The position numbers and the translations under genes were made by a program. Below are positions 36,101-50,852 of a stretch of 64,000 bases of DNA, piece after piece. The notes beneath the pieces were generated by a model that saw only the letters and a program-made list of their open reading frames with translations, was not told the DNA's origin and ran no database searches. The stretch comes from Azolla caroliniana. Taxonomy: Eukaryota; Plantae; Polypodiophyta. Where the stretch lies: contig JBHGNT010000008.1 of NCBI GenBank assembly GCA_043228905.1, positions 248,001 through 312,000 on the forward strand, in the 5' to 3' direction. Within the stretch, counting starts at the first letter, position 1. The number at the start of each line of letters is the position of its first letter.

Positions 36101-39100
36101 TCTCTACTCCCTCCTCTAATTTGGTAATTTCTTCATGTCTCTCGACCTGAGTTTCAAAACCTTGATTTTTTAATTCGATATCATAGCTAGCCTTGTTAGC
36201 TTCAATTCGTATGTTTGAACACTAAAATCCGATATCACATGGACCAGGTATGAACATTTTAATTTACTCTCGGGCTCTTCTCAACTCCCTCCTCAAATTG
36301 GGTAATTTCTTCATGTCTCTCGACCTGAGTTTCAAAACCTTGATTTTTTAATTCCATATCATAGGTACCTTTGTTATCTTGGATTCCCATATTTGAACAC
36401 TAAAATCCGATATCACATGGACCAGGTATGAAGATTTTAATTTACTCTCGGGCTCTTCTCAACTCCCTCCTCAAATTGGGTAATTTCTTCATGGTTCTCG
36501 ACCTGAGTTTCAAAATCTTGATTTTTTAATTCCATATCATAGGTACCTTTGTTATCTTCGATTCTCATATTTGAACACTAAAATCCGATATCACATGGGC
36601 CAGGTATGACCATTTTAATTTACTCTCGGCCTCTTCTCTACTCTCTCCTCTAATTTGGTAATTTTCAGAAGCTTGATTTTTTAATTCCATATCATAGGTA
36701 CCTTTGTTAGCTTCGATTCGCATATTTGAACACTAAAATCCGATATCACATGGGCCAGGTATGACCATTTTAATTTACTCTCGGCCTCTTCTCTACTCCC
36801 TCCTCTAATTTGGTAATTTCTTCATGTCTCTCGACCTGAGTTTCAAAAGCTTGATTTTTTAATTCCATATCATAGCTAGCCTTGTTAGCTTCGAATTGTT
36901 TGTTTGAACACTAAAATCCGATATCACGTGGGCCAGGTATGAATATTTTAATGTACTCTCGGGCTGTTCTCAACTCCCTCCTCAAATTGGGTAATTTCGT
37001 CATGTCTCTCGACCTGAGATTCAAAATCTTGATTTTTTCATTCCATGTCATGGGTACCTTTGTTAGCTTCGATTCTCATATTTAAACACTAAAATTCGAT
37101 ATCACATGGGCGAGGTATGAACATTTTAATTTACTCTCGGCCTCTTCTCCACTCTCTCCTCTAATTCGGGAATTTCTTCATGTCTCTCGACCTGAGTTTC
37201 AAAATCTTGATTTTTTAATTCCATACCATAGGTACCTTTGTTATCTTCGATTCTTATATTTGAACACTAAAATCCGATATCACATGGGCCAGGTATGACC
37301 ATTTTAATTTACTCTCGGGCTCTTCTCTACTCCCTCCTCTAATTTGGTAATTTCTTCATGTCTCTCGACCTGAGTTTCAAAACCTTGATTTTTTAATTAC
37401 ATATCATAGCTAGCCTTGTTAGCTTCGATTCGTATGTTTGAACAATAAAATCCGATATCACGTGGGCCAGGTATGAACATTTTAATTTACTCTCGGGCTC
37501 TTCTCAACTCCCTCCTCAAATTGGGTAATTTCGTGATGTCTTTCGACCTGAGATTCAAAATCTTGATTTTTTAATTCCATATCATGGGTACCTTTGTTAG
37601 CTTCGATTCTCATATTTAAACACTAAAATCCGATATCACATGGGCCAGGTATGAACATTTTAATTTACTCTCGGTCTCTTCTCTACTCCCTCCTCTAATT
37701 TGGGAATTGCTTCATGTCTCTCGACCTGAGTTTCAAAATCTTGATTTTTTAATTCCATAACATAGCTCGTATTGTTAGCTTCCATTCGCATATTTAAACA
37801 CTAAAATCCGATATCACATGGGCCAGGTATGAACATTTTAATTTACTGTCGGGCTCCTCTCTACTCCCTCCTGTCAGAGGTACCTTTGTTAGCTTCGATT
37901 CGCATATTTGAACACTAAAATCCGATATCAGATGGGCCAGGTATGAACATTTTAATTTACTCACGCGCTCTTTCAACACCCTCCTCTAATTTGGTAATTT
38001 CTTCATGTCTCTCGACCTGATTTTCAGAAGCTTGATTTTTTAATTCCATATCATAGGTACCTTTGTTAGCTTCGATTCGCATATTTGAACACTAAAGTCC
38101 GATATCACATGGGCCACGTATAAGCATTTTAATTTACTCACGCGCTCTTCTCAACTCCCTCCTCTAATTTGGTAGTTTCTTCATGTCTCTCGACCTGATT
38201 TTAGAAGCTTGGTTTTTTAATTCCATATCATAGGTACCTTTGTGAGCTTCGATTCGCATATTTGAACACTAAAATCCGATATCACATGGGCCAGGTATGA
38301 ACATTTTAATTTACTCTCGGGCTCCTCTCTACTCCCTCCTCTAATTTGGTAATTTCTTAATATCTCTCGACCTGAGTTTGAAAATCTTGATTTTTTAATT
38401 CCATATCATAGCTAGCTTTGCTAGCTTCGATTTGCATGTTTAAACAGTAAAATCCGATATCACATGGGCTAGGTCTAAACATTTTAATTTACTCTCGGGC
38501 TCTTCTCTACTCCCTCCTCTAATTTGGGAATTCCATATCATAGCTTGCGTTGTTAGCTTCGATTCTCATGTTTGAACACTAAAATTCTATATCACATGGG
38601 CCAGGTCGGAACACTTTAATTTACTCACGCGCTCTTCTCAACTCCCTCCTCAAATTTGGTAATTTTGTCATATCTCTCGACCTGAGTTCCAAAATCTTGA
38701 TTTTTTAATTGCATTTCATAGGTACCTTTGTTAGCTTCGATTCGCATGTTTAAACACTAAAATCCGATATCACATGGGCCAGGTCTAAACATTTTAATTT
38801 ACTCTCGGGCTCTTATCTACTCCCTCCTCTAATTTGCAAATTCCAAAATCTTGATTTTTTCATTCCATGTCATAGCTAGCGTTGTTAGCCTCGATTCGCA
38901 TGTTTGAACACTAAAATCCGATATCACATGGGCAGGTATGAACATTTTAATTTACTCTCGGGCTCTTCTCAACTCCCTCCTCAAATTTAGTAATTGCTTC
39001 ATGTCTCTCGACGTGAGTTTTAAGAGCTTGATTTTTTAATTCGATATCATAGCTAGCCTTGTTAGCTTCGATTCGTATGTTTGACCACTAAAATCCGATA

Positions 39101-42100
39101 TCACATGGGCCAGGTCTAAACATTTTAATTTACTCTCGGGCTCTTCTCAACTCCCTCCTCAAATTGGGTAATTTCTTCATGTCTCTCGACGTGAGTTTCA
39201 AAATCTTGATTTTTTAATTCCATATCATAGCTTGCGTTGTTAGCTTCGATTCCAATGTTTAAACACTAAAATCCGATATCACATTGGCCAAGTCTAAACA
39301 TTTTAATTTACTCTTGAGCTCTTCTCTACTCCCTCCTCTAATTCGGGAATTTCTTCATGTCTCTCGACCTGAAATTTAAAATATTGATTTTTTAATTCGA
39401 TATCATAGCTCGCATTGTTAGCTTCGATTCGCATATTTGAACACGAAAATCCGATATCACATGGGCCAGGTCTAAACATTTTAATTTACTCTCGGGCTCT
39501 TCTCTACTCCCTCCTCTAATTTGGGAATTTCTTCATGTCTCTCAACCTGAGTTTCAAAACCTTAATTTTTTAATTCCATATCATAGCTAGCCTTGTTAGC
39601 TTCGAATCGTATGTTTGAACACTAAAATCCGATATCACATGGGCAGGTATGAACATTTTAATTTACTCTCGGGCTCTTCTCAACTCCCTCCTCAAATTTA
39701 GTAATTTCTTCATGTGTCTCGACGTGAGTTTTAAGAGCTTGATTTTTTAATTCGATATCATAGCTAGCCTTGTTAGCTTCGATTCGTATGTTTGAACACT
39801 AAAATCCGATATCACATGGGCCAGGTATGACCATTTTAATTTACTCTCGGGCTCTTCTCAACTCCCTCCTCAAATTGGGTAATTTTTTCATGTCTCTCGA
39901 CGAGAGTTTCAAAATCTTGATTTCTTAATTCCATATCATAGCTTGCGTTGTTAGCTTCGATTCCAATGTTTAAACACTAAAATTCGATATCACATTGGCC
40001 AAGTCTAAACATTTTAATTTACTCTCGGGCTCTTCTCTACTCCCTCCTCTAATTCGGGAATTTCTTCAATCTCTCGACCTGAAATTCAAAATCTTGATTT
40101 TTTAATTCGATATCATAGCTCGCATTGTTAGCTTCGATTCGCATATTTGAACACGAAAATCCGATATCACATGGGCCAGGTCTAAACATTTTAATTTACT
40201 CTCGGGCTCTTCTCTACTCCCTCCTCTAATTTGGGAATTTCTTTATGTCTCTCAACCTGAGTTTCAAAATCTTGATTTTTTAATTCCATATTATAGCTAG
40301 CCTTGTTAGCTTCGAATCGTATGTTTGAACACTAAAATCGGATATCACATGGGCCAGCTATGAACATTTTAATTTACGATCGGGCTCTTCTCAACTCCCT
40401 CCTCAAATTGGGTAATTTCTTCATGTCTCTCGACGTGAGTTTCAAAATCCTGATTTTTTAATTCCATATCATAGCTTGCGTTGTTATTTTCGATTCCAAT
40501 GTTTAAACACTAAAATCCGATATCACATGGGCCAAGTCTAAACATTTTAATTTACTCTCGGGCTCTTCTCTACTCCCTCCTCTAATTCGGGAATTTCTTC
40601 ATGTCTCTCGACCTAAAATTCAAAATCTTGATTTTCGAATTCCATAACATGGCTCGCATTGTTAGCTTCGATTCGCATATTTGAACACGAAAATCCGATA
40701 TCACATGGGCCAGGTCTAAACATTTTAATTTACTCTCGGGCTCTTCTCTACTCCCTCCTCTAATTTGGGAATTTCTTTATGTCTCTCAACCTGAGTTTCA
40801 AAATCTTGATTTTTTAATTCCATATTATAGCTAGCCTTGTTAGCTTCGAATCGTATGTTTGAACACTAAAATCGGATATCACATGGGCCAGCTATGAACA
40901 TTTTAATTTACGATCGGGCTCTTCTCAACTCCCTCCTCAAATTGGGTAATTTCTTCATGTCTCTCGACGTGAGTTTCAAAATCCTGATTTTTTAATTCCA
41001 TATCATAGCTTGCGTTGTTATTTTCGATTCCAATGTTTAAACACTAAAATCCGATATCACATGGGCCAAGTCTAAACATTTTAATTTACTCTCGGGCTCT
41101 TCTCTACTCCCTCCTCTAATTCGGGAATTTCTTCATGTCTCTCGACCTGAAATTCAAAATCTTGATTTTCGAATTCCATAACATGGCTCGCATTGTTAGC
41201 TTCGATTCGCATATTTGAACACGAGAATCCCATATCACATGGGCCAGGTCCAAACATTTTAATTTACTCTCGGGCTCTTCTCTACTCCCTCCTCTAATTT
41301 GGGAATTTCTTTATGTCCCTGAACCTGAGTTTCAAAATCTTGATTTCTTAATTCCATATCATAGCTAGCCTTGTTAGCTTCGATTCGTATGTTTGAACAC
41401 TAAAATCCGATATCACATGGGCCAGGTATGAACATTTTAATTTAATCTCGGCCTCTTCTCTCGACCCTCCTCTAATTTTTTAATTTCTTCATGTCTCTCG
41501 ACCTGAGTTTCAAAACCTTGATTTTTTAATTCCATATCATAGCTAGCCTTGTTAGCTTCGAATCGTATGTTTGAACACTAAAATCGGATATGACATGGGC
41601 CAGGTATGAACATTTTAATTTACGATCGGGCTCTTCTCAACTCCCTCCTCAAATATGGTAATTTCTTCATGTTACTCGACCTGAGTTTCAAAATCTTGAT
41701 TTTTTAATTCCATATCATGGGTACCTTTATTAGCTTCGATTCTCATATTTGAACACTAAAATCCGATATCACATGGGCCAGGTATGAACATTTTAATTTA
41801 CTCTCGGGCTCTTCTCTACTCCCTCCTCTAATTTGGTAATTTCTTCATGTCTCTCGACCTGAGTTTCAAAACCTTGATTTTTTAATTCGATATCATAGCT
41901 AGCCTTGTTAGCTTCAATTCGTATGTTTGAACACTAAAATCCGATATCACATGGACCAGGTATGAACATTTTAATTTACTCTCGGGCTCTTCTCAACTCC
42001 CTCCTCAAATTGGGTAATTTCTTCATGTCTCTCGACCTGATTTTCAGAAGCTTGATTTTTTAATTCCATATCATAGGTACCTTTGTTATCTTGGATTCTC

Positions 42101-44200
42101 ATATTTGAACACTAAAATCCGATATCATATGGACCAGGTATGAAGATTTTAATTTACTCTCGGGCTCTTCTCAACTCCCTCCTCAAATTGGGTAATTTCT
42201 TCATGTCTCTCGACCTGAGTTTCAAAATCTTGATTTTTTAATTCCATATCATAGGTACCTTTGTTATCTTCGATTCTCATATTTGAACACTAAAATCCGA
42301 TATCACATGGGCCAGGTATGACCATTTTAATTTACTCTCGGGCTCTTCTCTACTCTCTCCTCTAATTTGGTAATTTTCAGAAGCTTGATTTTTTAATTCC
42401 ATATCATAGGTACCTTTGTTAGCTTCGATTCGCATATTTGAACACTAAAATCCGATATCACATGGGCCAGGTATGACCATTTTAATTTACTCTCGGCCTC
42501 TTCTCTACTCCCTCCTCTAATTTGGTAATTTCTTCATGTCTCTCGACCTGAGTTTCAAAAGCTTGATTTTTTAATTCCATATCATAGCTAGCCTTGTTAG
42601 CTTCGAATTGTTTGTTTGAACACTAAAATCCGATATCACGTGGGCCAGGTATGAATATTTTAATGTACTCTCGGGCTGTTCTCAACTCCCTCCTCAAATT
42701 GGGTAATTTCGTCATGTCTCTCGACCTGAGATTCAAAATCTTGATTTTTTCATTCCATGTCATGGGTACCTTTGTTAGCTTCGATTCTCATATTTAAACA
42801 CTAAAATCCGATATCACATGGGCGAGGTATGAACATTTTAATTTACTCTCGGCCTCTTCTCTACTCTCTCCTCTAATTCGGGAATTTCTTCATGTCTCTC
42901 GACCTGAGTTTCAAAATCTTGATTTTTTAATTCCATACCATAGGTACCTTTGTTATCTTCGATTCTCATATTTGAACACTAAAATCCGATATCACATGGG
43001 CCAGGTATGACCATTTTAATTTACTCTCGGGCTCTTCTCTACTCCCTCCTCTAATTTGGTAATTTCTTCATGTCTCTCGACCTGAGTTTCAAAACCTTGA
43101 TTTTTTAATTACATATCATAGCTAGCCTTGTTAGCTTCGATTCGTATGTTTGAACAATAAAATCCGATATCACGTGGGCCAGGTATGAACATTTTAATTT
43201 ACTCTCGGGCTCTTCTCAACTCCCTCCTCAAATTGGGTAATTTCGTGATGTCTTTCGACCTGAGATTCAAAATCTTGATTTTTTAATTCCATATCATGGG
43301 TACCTTTGTTAGCTTCGATTCTCATATTTAAACACTAAAATCCGATATCACATGGGCCAGGTATGAACATTTTAATTTACTCTCGGTCTCTTCTCTACTC
43401 CCTCCTCTAATTTGGGAATTGCTTCATGTCTCTCGACCTGAGTTTCAAAATCTTGATTTTTTAATTCCATAACATAGCTCGTATTGTTAGCTTCCATTCG
43501 CATATTTAAACACTAAAATCCGATATCACATGGGCCAGGTATGAACATTTTAATTTACTGTCGGGCTCCTCTCTACTCCCTCCTGTCAGAGGTACCTTTG
43601 TTAGCTTCGATTCGCATATTTGAACACTAAAATCCGATATCAGATGAGCCAGGTATGAACATTTTAATTTACTCACGCGCTCTTTCAACACCCTCCTCTA
43701 ATTTGGTAATTTCTTCATGTCTCTCGACCTGATTTTCAGAAGCTTGATTTTTTAATTCCATATCATAGGTACCTTTGTTAGCTTCGATTCGCATATTTGA
43801 ACACTAAAGTCCGATATCACATGGGCCACGTATAAGCATTTTAATTTACTCACGCGCTCTTCTCAACTCCCTCCTCTAATTTGGTAGTTTCTTCATGTCT
43901 CTCGACCTGATTTTAGAAGCTTGATTTTTTAATTCCATATCATAGGTACCTTTGTGAGCTTCGATTCGCATATTTGAACACTAAAATCCGATATCACATG
44001 GGCCAGGTATGAACATTTTAATTTACTCTCGGGCTCCTCTCTACTCCCTCCTCTAATTTGGTAATTTCTTAATATCTCTCGACCTGAGTTTGAAAATCTT
44101 GATTTTTTAATTCCATATCATAGCTAGCTTTGCTAGCTTCGATTTGCATGTTTAAACAGTAAAATCCGATATCACATGGGCTAGGTCTAAACATTTTAAT
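30200..44200 (+). repeat. About 5711-bp higher-order repeat (about 33 monomers), about 2.4 tandem copies
   Basis: The identical marker ORF occurs at 32083, 37794 and 43506. The deletion marker TTTTCAGAAG occurs at 30951, 36662 and 42374. Spacing is 5711-5712 and limits are approximate. Confidence 0.88.
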
Positions 44201-47200
44201 TTACTCTCGGGCTCTTCTCTACTCCCTCCTCTAATTTGGGAATTTCTTCATGTCTCTCGACCTGAGTTTCAAAATCTTGATTTTTTAATTCCATATCATA
44301 GGTACCTTTGTTAGCTTCGATTCGTATGTTTGAATACTAAAATTCGATATCACATGTGCCAGGTATAAACATTTTAATTTACTCTCGGGCTCTTCTCTAC
44401 TCCCTCCTCTAATTTGGTAATTTCTTCATGTCTGTCGACCTGAGTTTCAAAAGCTTGATTTTTTAATTCCATATCATAGCTAGCCTTGTTAGCTTCGAAT
44501 TGTTTGTTTGAACACTAAAATCCGATATCACGTGGGCCAGGTATGAATATTTTAATGTAGTCTCGGGTTGTTCTCAACTCCCTCCTCAAATTGGGTAATT
44601 TCGTCATGTCTCTCGACCTGAGATTCAAAATCTTGATTTTTTAATTCCATGTCATGGGTACCTTTGTTAGCTTCGATTCTCATATTTAAACACTAAAATC
44701 CGATATCACATGGGCGAGGTATGAACATTTTAATTTACTCTCGGCCTCTTCTCTACTCTCTCCTCTAATTCGTGAATTTCTTCATGTCTCTTGACCTGAG
44801 TTTCAAAATCTTGATTTTTTAATTCCATACCATAGGTACCTTTGTTATCTTTGATTCTCATATTTGAACACTAAAATCCGATATCACATGGGCCAGGTAT
44901 GACCATTTTAATTTACTCTCGGGCTCTTCTCTACTCCCTCCTCTAATTTGGTAATTTCTTCATGTCTCTCGACCTGAGTTTCAAAACCTTGATTTTTTAA
45001 TTACATATCATAGCTAGCCTTGTTAGCTTCGATTCGTATGTTTGAACAATAAAATCCGATATCACGTGGGCCAGGTATGAACATTTTAATTTACTCTCGG
45101 GCTCTTCTCAACTCCCTCCTCAAATTGGGTAATTTCGTGATGTCTCTCGACCTGAGATTCAAAATCTTGATTTTTTAATTCCATATCATGGGTACCTTTG
45201 TTAGCTTCGATTCTCATATTTAAACACTAAAATCCGATATCACATGGGCCAGGTATGAACATTTTAATTTACTCTCGGTCTCTTCTCTACTCCCTCCTCT
45301 AATTTGGGAATTGCTTCATGTCTCTCGACCTGAGTTTCAAAATCTTGATTTTTTAATTCCATAACATAGCTCGTATTGTTAGCTTCCATTCGCATATTTA
45401 AACACTAAAATCCGATATCACATGGGCCAGGTATGAACATTTTAATTTACTGTCGGGCTCCTCTCTACTCCCTCCTGTCAGAGGTACCTTTGTTAGCTTC
45501 GATTCGCATATTTGAACACTAAAATCCGATATCAGATGGGCCAGGTATGAACATTTTAATTTACTCACGCGCTCTTTCAACACCCTCCTCTAATTTGGTA
45601 ATTTCTTCATGTCTCTCGACCTGATTTTCAGAAGCTTGATTTTTTAATTCCATATCATAGGTACCTTTGTTAGCTTCGATTCGCATATTTGAACACTAAA
45701 GTCCGATATCACATGGGCCACGTATAAGCATTTTAATTTCCTCACGCGCTCTTCTCAACTCCCTCCTCTAATTTGGTAGTTTCTTCATGTCTCTCGACCT
45801 GATTTTAGAAGCTTGATTTTTTAATTCCATATCATAGGTACCTTTGTGAGCTTCGATTCGCATATTTGAACACTAAAATCCGATATCACATGGGCCAGGT
45901 ATGAACATTTTAATTTACTCTCGGGCTCCTCTCTACTCCCTCCTCTAATTTGGTAATTTCTTAATAACTCTCGACCTGAGTTTGAAAATCTTGATTTTTT
46001 AATTCCATATCATAGCTAGCTTTGCTAGCTTCGATTTGCATGTTTAAACAGTAAAATCCGATATCACATGGGCTAGGTCTAAACATTTTAATTTACTCTC
46101 GGGCTCTTCTCTACTCCCTCCTCTAATTTGGGAATTCCATATCATAGCTTGCGTTGTTAGCTTCGATTCTCATGTTTGAACACTAAAATTCTATATCACA
46201 TGGGCCAGGTCGGAACACTTTAATTTACTCACGCGCTCTTCTCAACTCCCTCCTCAAATTTGGTAATTTTGTCATATCTCTCGACCTGAGTTCCAAAATC
46301 TTGATTTTTTAATTGCATTTCATAGGTACCTTTGTTAGCTTCGATTCGCATGTTTAAACACTAAAATCCGATATCACATGGGCCAGGTCTAAACATTTTA
46401 ATTTACTCTCGGGCTCTTATCTACTCCCTCCTCTAATTTGCAAATTCCAAAATCTTGATTTTTTCATTCCATGTCATAGCTAGCGTTGTTAGCCTCGATT
46501 CGCATGTTTGAACACTAAAATCCGATATCACATGGGCAGGTATGAACATTTTAATTTACTCTCGGGCTCTTCTCAACTCCCTCCTCAAATTTAGTAATTG
46601 CTTCATGTCTCTCGACGTGAGTTTTAAGAGCTTGGTTTTTTAATTCGATATCATAGCTAGCCTTGTTAGCTTCGATTCGTATGTTTGACCACTAAAATCC
46701 GATATCACATGGGCCAGGTCTAAACATTTTAATTTACTCTCGGGCTCTTCTCAACTCCCTCCTCAAATTGGGTAATTTCTTCATGTCTCTCGACGTGAGT
46801 TTCAAAATCTTGATTTTTTAATTCCATATCATAGCTTGCGTTGTTAGCTTCGATTCCAATGTTTAAACACTAAAATCCGATATCACATTGGCCAAGTCTA
46901 AACATTTTAATTTACTCTTGAGCTCTTCTCTACTCCCTCCTCTAATTCGGGAATTTCTTCATGTCTCTCGACCTGAAATTTAAAATATTGATTTTTTAAT
47001 TCGATATCATAGCTCGCATTGTTAGCTTCGATTCGCATATTTGAACACGAAAATCCGATATCACATGGGCCAGGTCTAAACATTTTAATTTACTCTCGGG
47101 CTCTTCTCTACTCCCTCCTCTAATTTGGGAATTTCTTCATGTCTCTCAACCTGAGTTTCAAAACCTTAATTTTTTAATTCCATATCATAGCTAGCCTTGT

Positions 47201-50200
47201 TAGCTTCGAATCGTATGATTGAACACTAAAATCCGATATCACATGGGCAGGTATGAACATTTTAATTTACTCTCGGGCTCTTCTCAACTCCCTCCTCAAA
47301 TTTAGTAATTTCTTCATGTGTCTCGACGTGAGTTTTAAGAGCTTGATTTTTTAATTCGATATCATAGCTAGCCTTGTTAGCTTCGATTCGTATGTTTGAA
47401 CACTAAAATCCGATATCACATGGGCCAGGTCTAAACATTTTAATTTACTCTCGGGCTCTTCTCAACTCCCTCCTCAAATTGGGTAATTTTTTCATGTCTC
47501 TCGACGTGAGTTTCAAAATCTTGATTTCTTAATTCCATATCATAGCTTGCGTTGTTAGCTTCGATTCCAATGTTTAAACACTAAAATCCGATATCACATT
47601 GGCCAAGTCTAAACATTTTAATTTACTCTCGGGCTCTTCTCTACTCCCTCCTCTAATTCGGGAATTTCTTCAATCTCTCGACCTGAAATTCAAAATCTTG
47701 ATTTTTTAATTCGATATCATAGCTCGCATTGTTAGCTTCGATTCGCATATCTGAACACGAAAATCCGATATCACATGGGCCAGGTCTAAACATTTTAATT
47801 TACTCTCGGGCTCTTCTCTACTCCCTCCTCTAATTTGGGAATTTCTTTATGTCTCTCAACCTGAGTTTCAAAATCTTGATTTTTTAATTACATATCATAG
47901 CTAGCCTTGTTAGCTTCGATTCGTATGTTTGAACACTAAAATCGGATATCACATGGGCCAGCTATGAACATTTTAATTTACGATCGGGCTCTTCTCAACT
48001 CCCTCCTCAAATTTGGTTATTTCTTCATGTCTCTCAACGTGAGTTTCAAAATCCTGATTTTTTAATTCCATATCATAGCTTGCGTTGTTATTTTCAATTC
48101 CAATGTTTAAACACTAAAATCCGATATCACATGGGCCAAGTCTAAACATTTTAATTTACTCTCGGGCTCTTCTCTACTCCCTCCTCTAATTCGGGAATTT
48201 CTTCATGTCTCTCGACCTGAAATTCAAAATCTTGATTTTCGAATTCCATAACATGGCTCGCATTGTTAGCTTCGATTCGCATATTTGAACACGAAAATCC
48301 GATATCACATGGGCCAGGTCCAAACATTTTAATTTACTCTCGGGCTCTTCTCTACTCCCTCCTCTAATTTGGGAATTTCTTTATGTCTCTGAACCTGAGT
48401 TTCAAAATCTTGATTTTTTAATTCCATATCATAGCTAGCCTTGTTAGCTTCGATTCGTATGTTTGAACACTAAAATCCGATATCACATGGGCCAGGTATG
48501 AACATTTTAATTTAATCTCGGCCTCTTCTCTCGACCCTCCTCTAATTTTTTAATTTCTTCATGTCTCTCGACCTGAGTTTCAAAACCTTGATTTTTTAAT
48601 TCCATATCATAGCTAGCCTTGTTAGCTTCGAATCGTATGTTTGAACACTAAAATCGGATATCACATGGGCCAGCTATGAACATTTTAATTTACGATCGGG
48701 CTCTTCTCAACTCCCTCCTCAAATTGGGTAATTTCTTCATGTCTCTCGACGTGAGTTTCAAAATCTTGATTTTTTAATTCCATATCATAGCTTACGTTGT
48801 TATTTTCGATTCCAATGTTTAAACACTAAAATCCGATATCACATGGGCCAAGTCTAAACATTTTAATTTAGTCTCGGGCTCTTCTCTACTCCCTCCTCTA
48901 ATTCGGGAATTTCTTCATGTCTCTCGACCTGAAATTCAAAATCTTGATTTTCGAATTCCATTATATAGCTCGCATTGTTAGCTTCGATTCGCATATTTGA
49001 ACACTAAAATCCGATATCACATGGGCCAGGTCTAAACATTTTAATTTACTCTCGGGCTCTTCTCTACTCCCTCCTCTAATTTGGGAATTTCTTCATGTCT
49101 CTCAACCTGAGTTACAAAATCTTGATTTTTTATTTCCATATCATAGCTAGCCTTGTTAGCCTCGATTCGCATGTTTGAACACTAAAATCCGATATCACAT
49201 GGGCAGGTATGAACATTTTAATTTACTCTCGGGCTCTTCTCAACTCCCTCCTCAAATTTAGTAATTTCTTCATGTCTCTCGACGTGAGTTTTAAGAGCTT
49301 GATTTTTTAATTCGATATCATAGCTAGCCTTGTTAGCTTCGATTCGTATGTTTGAACACTAAAATCCGATATCACATGGGCCAGGTCTAAACATTTTAAT
49401 TTACTCTCGGGCTCTTCTCAACTCCCTCCTCAAATTGGGTAATTTCTTCATGTCTCTCGACGTGAGTTTCAAAATCTTGATTTTTTAATTCCATATCATA
49501 GCTTGCGTTGTTAGCTTCGATTCCAATGTTTAAACACTAAAATCCGATATCACATTGGCCAAGTCTAAACATTTTAATTTACTCTCGGGCTCTTCTCTAC
49601 TCCCTCCTCTAATTCGGGAATTTCTTCATGTCTCTCGACCTGAAATTCAAAATCTTGATTTTTTAATTCGATATCATAGCTCGCATTGTTAGCTTCGATT
49701 CGTATATTTGAACACGAAAATCCGATATCACATGGGCCAGGTCTAAACATTTTAATTTACTCTCGGGCTCTTCTCTACTCCCTCCTCTAATTTGGGAATT
49801 TCTTTATGTCTCTCAACCTGAGTTTCAAAATCTTGATTTTTTAATTCCATATTATAGCTAGCCTTGTTAGCTTCGAATCGTATGTTTGAACACTAAAATC
49901 GGATATCACATGGGCCAGCTATGAACATTTTAATTTACGATCGGGCTCTTCTTAACTCCCTCCTCAAATTGGGTAATTTCTTCATGTCTCTCGACGTGAG
50001 TTTCAAAATCCTGATTTTTTAATTTCATATCATAGCTTGCGTTGTTATTTTCGATTCCAATGTTTAAACACTAAAATCCGATATCACATGGGCCAAGTCT
50101 AAACATTTTAATTTACTCTCGGGCTCTTCTCTACTCCCTCCTCTAATTCGGGAATTTCTTCATGTCTCTCGACCTGAAATTCAAAATCTTGATTTTCGAA

Positions 50201-50387
50201 TTCCATTACATAGCTCGCATTGTTAGCTTCGATTCGCATATTTGAACACTAAAATCCGATATCACATGGGCCAGGTCTAAACATTTTAATTTACTCTCGG
50301 GCTCTTCTCTACTCCCTCCTCTAATTTGGGAATTTCTTCATGTCTCTCAACCTGAGTTACAAAATCTTGATTTTTTAATTCCATATC

Positions 50388-50520
50388 TGTCAGGAACTCT
50401 ATTAAGGCAGAGAAGGAATTAGTACTAAAAGAAGGATTAGTACTATTGTTGGGGAATAGTACTAAGACAGAGAAGGATTAGTACTATGAGAGGTGTCGAA
50501 CTTTGAGAGAAGGAATGAGT

Positions 50521-50562
<42 letters not shown>

Positions 50563-50852
50563 TGATGCGAAAGATATATGTATTATATGACGGAAGATAT
50601 ACAACAGTAGTTAGAAGGCTTAAGACTGGCGTTGAACCGATTTGGTTCGAACTAATGCCTTGCGCCTCCTTTTATAGTGTCTTCAGGAATACTCCTGAAG
50701 TTTCTAGAATGTTCCAGAGAAATCTGGAATATACATCAATTTCCTAATAAAACCTAAATGAAAATAATATCCTTCAAATTACAACTCATAACCTAATGGT
50801 AAAGTCTCGACCCGTGTAACAAAAGGTTATGGGTTCGAGTCTAGTTATGACA
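50388..50852 (-). repeat. 3' LTR of copy 2 (465 bp)
   Basis: TGTCAGG...TTATGACA on +, adjacent to the PPT complement CTATCCCCCCTTT (50853-50865). Confidence 0.96.

Larger units (their letters stand above)
15149..50387 (+). repeat. 178-bp tandem satellite array, segment 2
   Basis: Same monomer and orientation. The register resumes exactly after the TSD. Contains shortened monomers (about 114, 132, 154 and 155 bp, plus a 41-bp remnant) and kb-scale higher-order repeats. Confidence 0.97.

Noticed and set aside
506-45583. Recurrent 60-96 aa ORFs in the satellite (MLASIRMFEHSNP..., MKMFIP..., MLKERVSK...)
   Set aside because: They are chance open frames in repeated monomers, many with non-ATG starts and no recognisable domains. 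They are useful only as HOR markers.
15149-50387. Inversion mediated by the two inverted retrotransposon copies
   Set aside because: Satellite orientation is the same on all sides, and each element keeps its own matching TSD pair.
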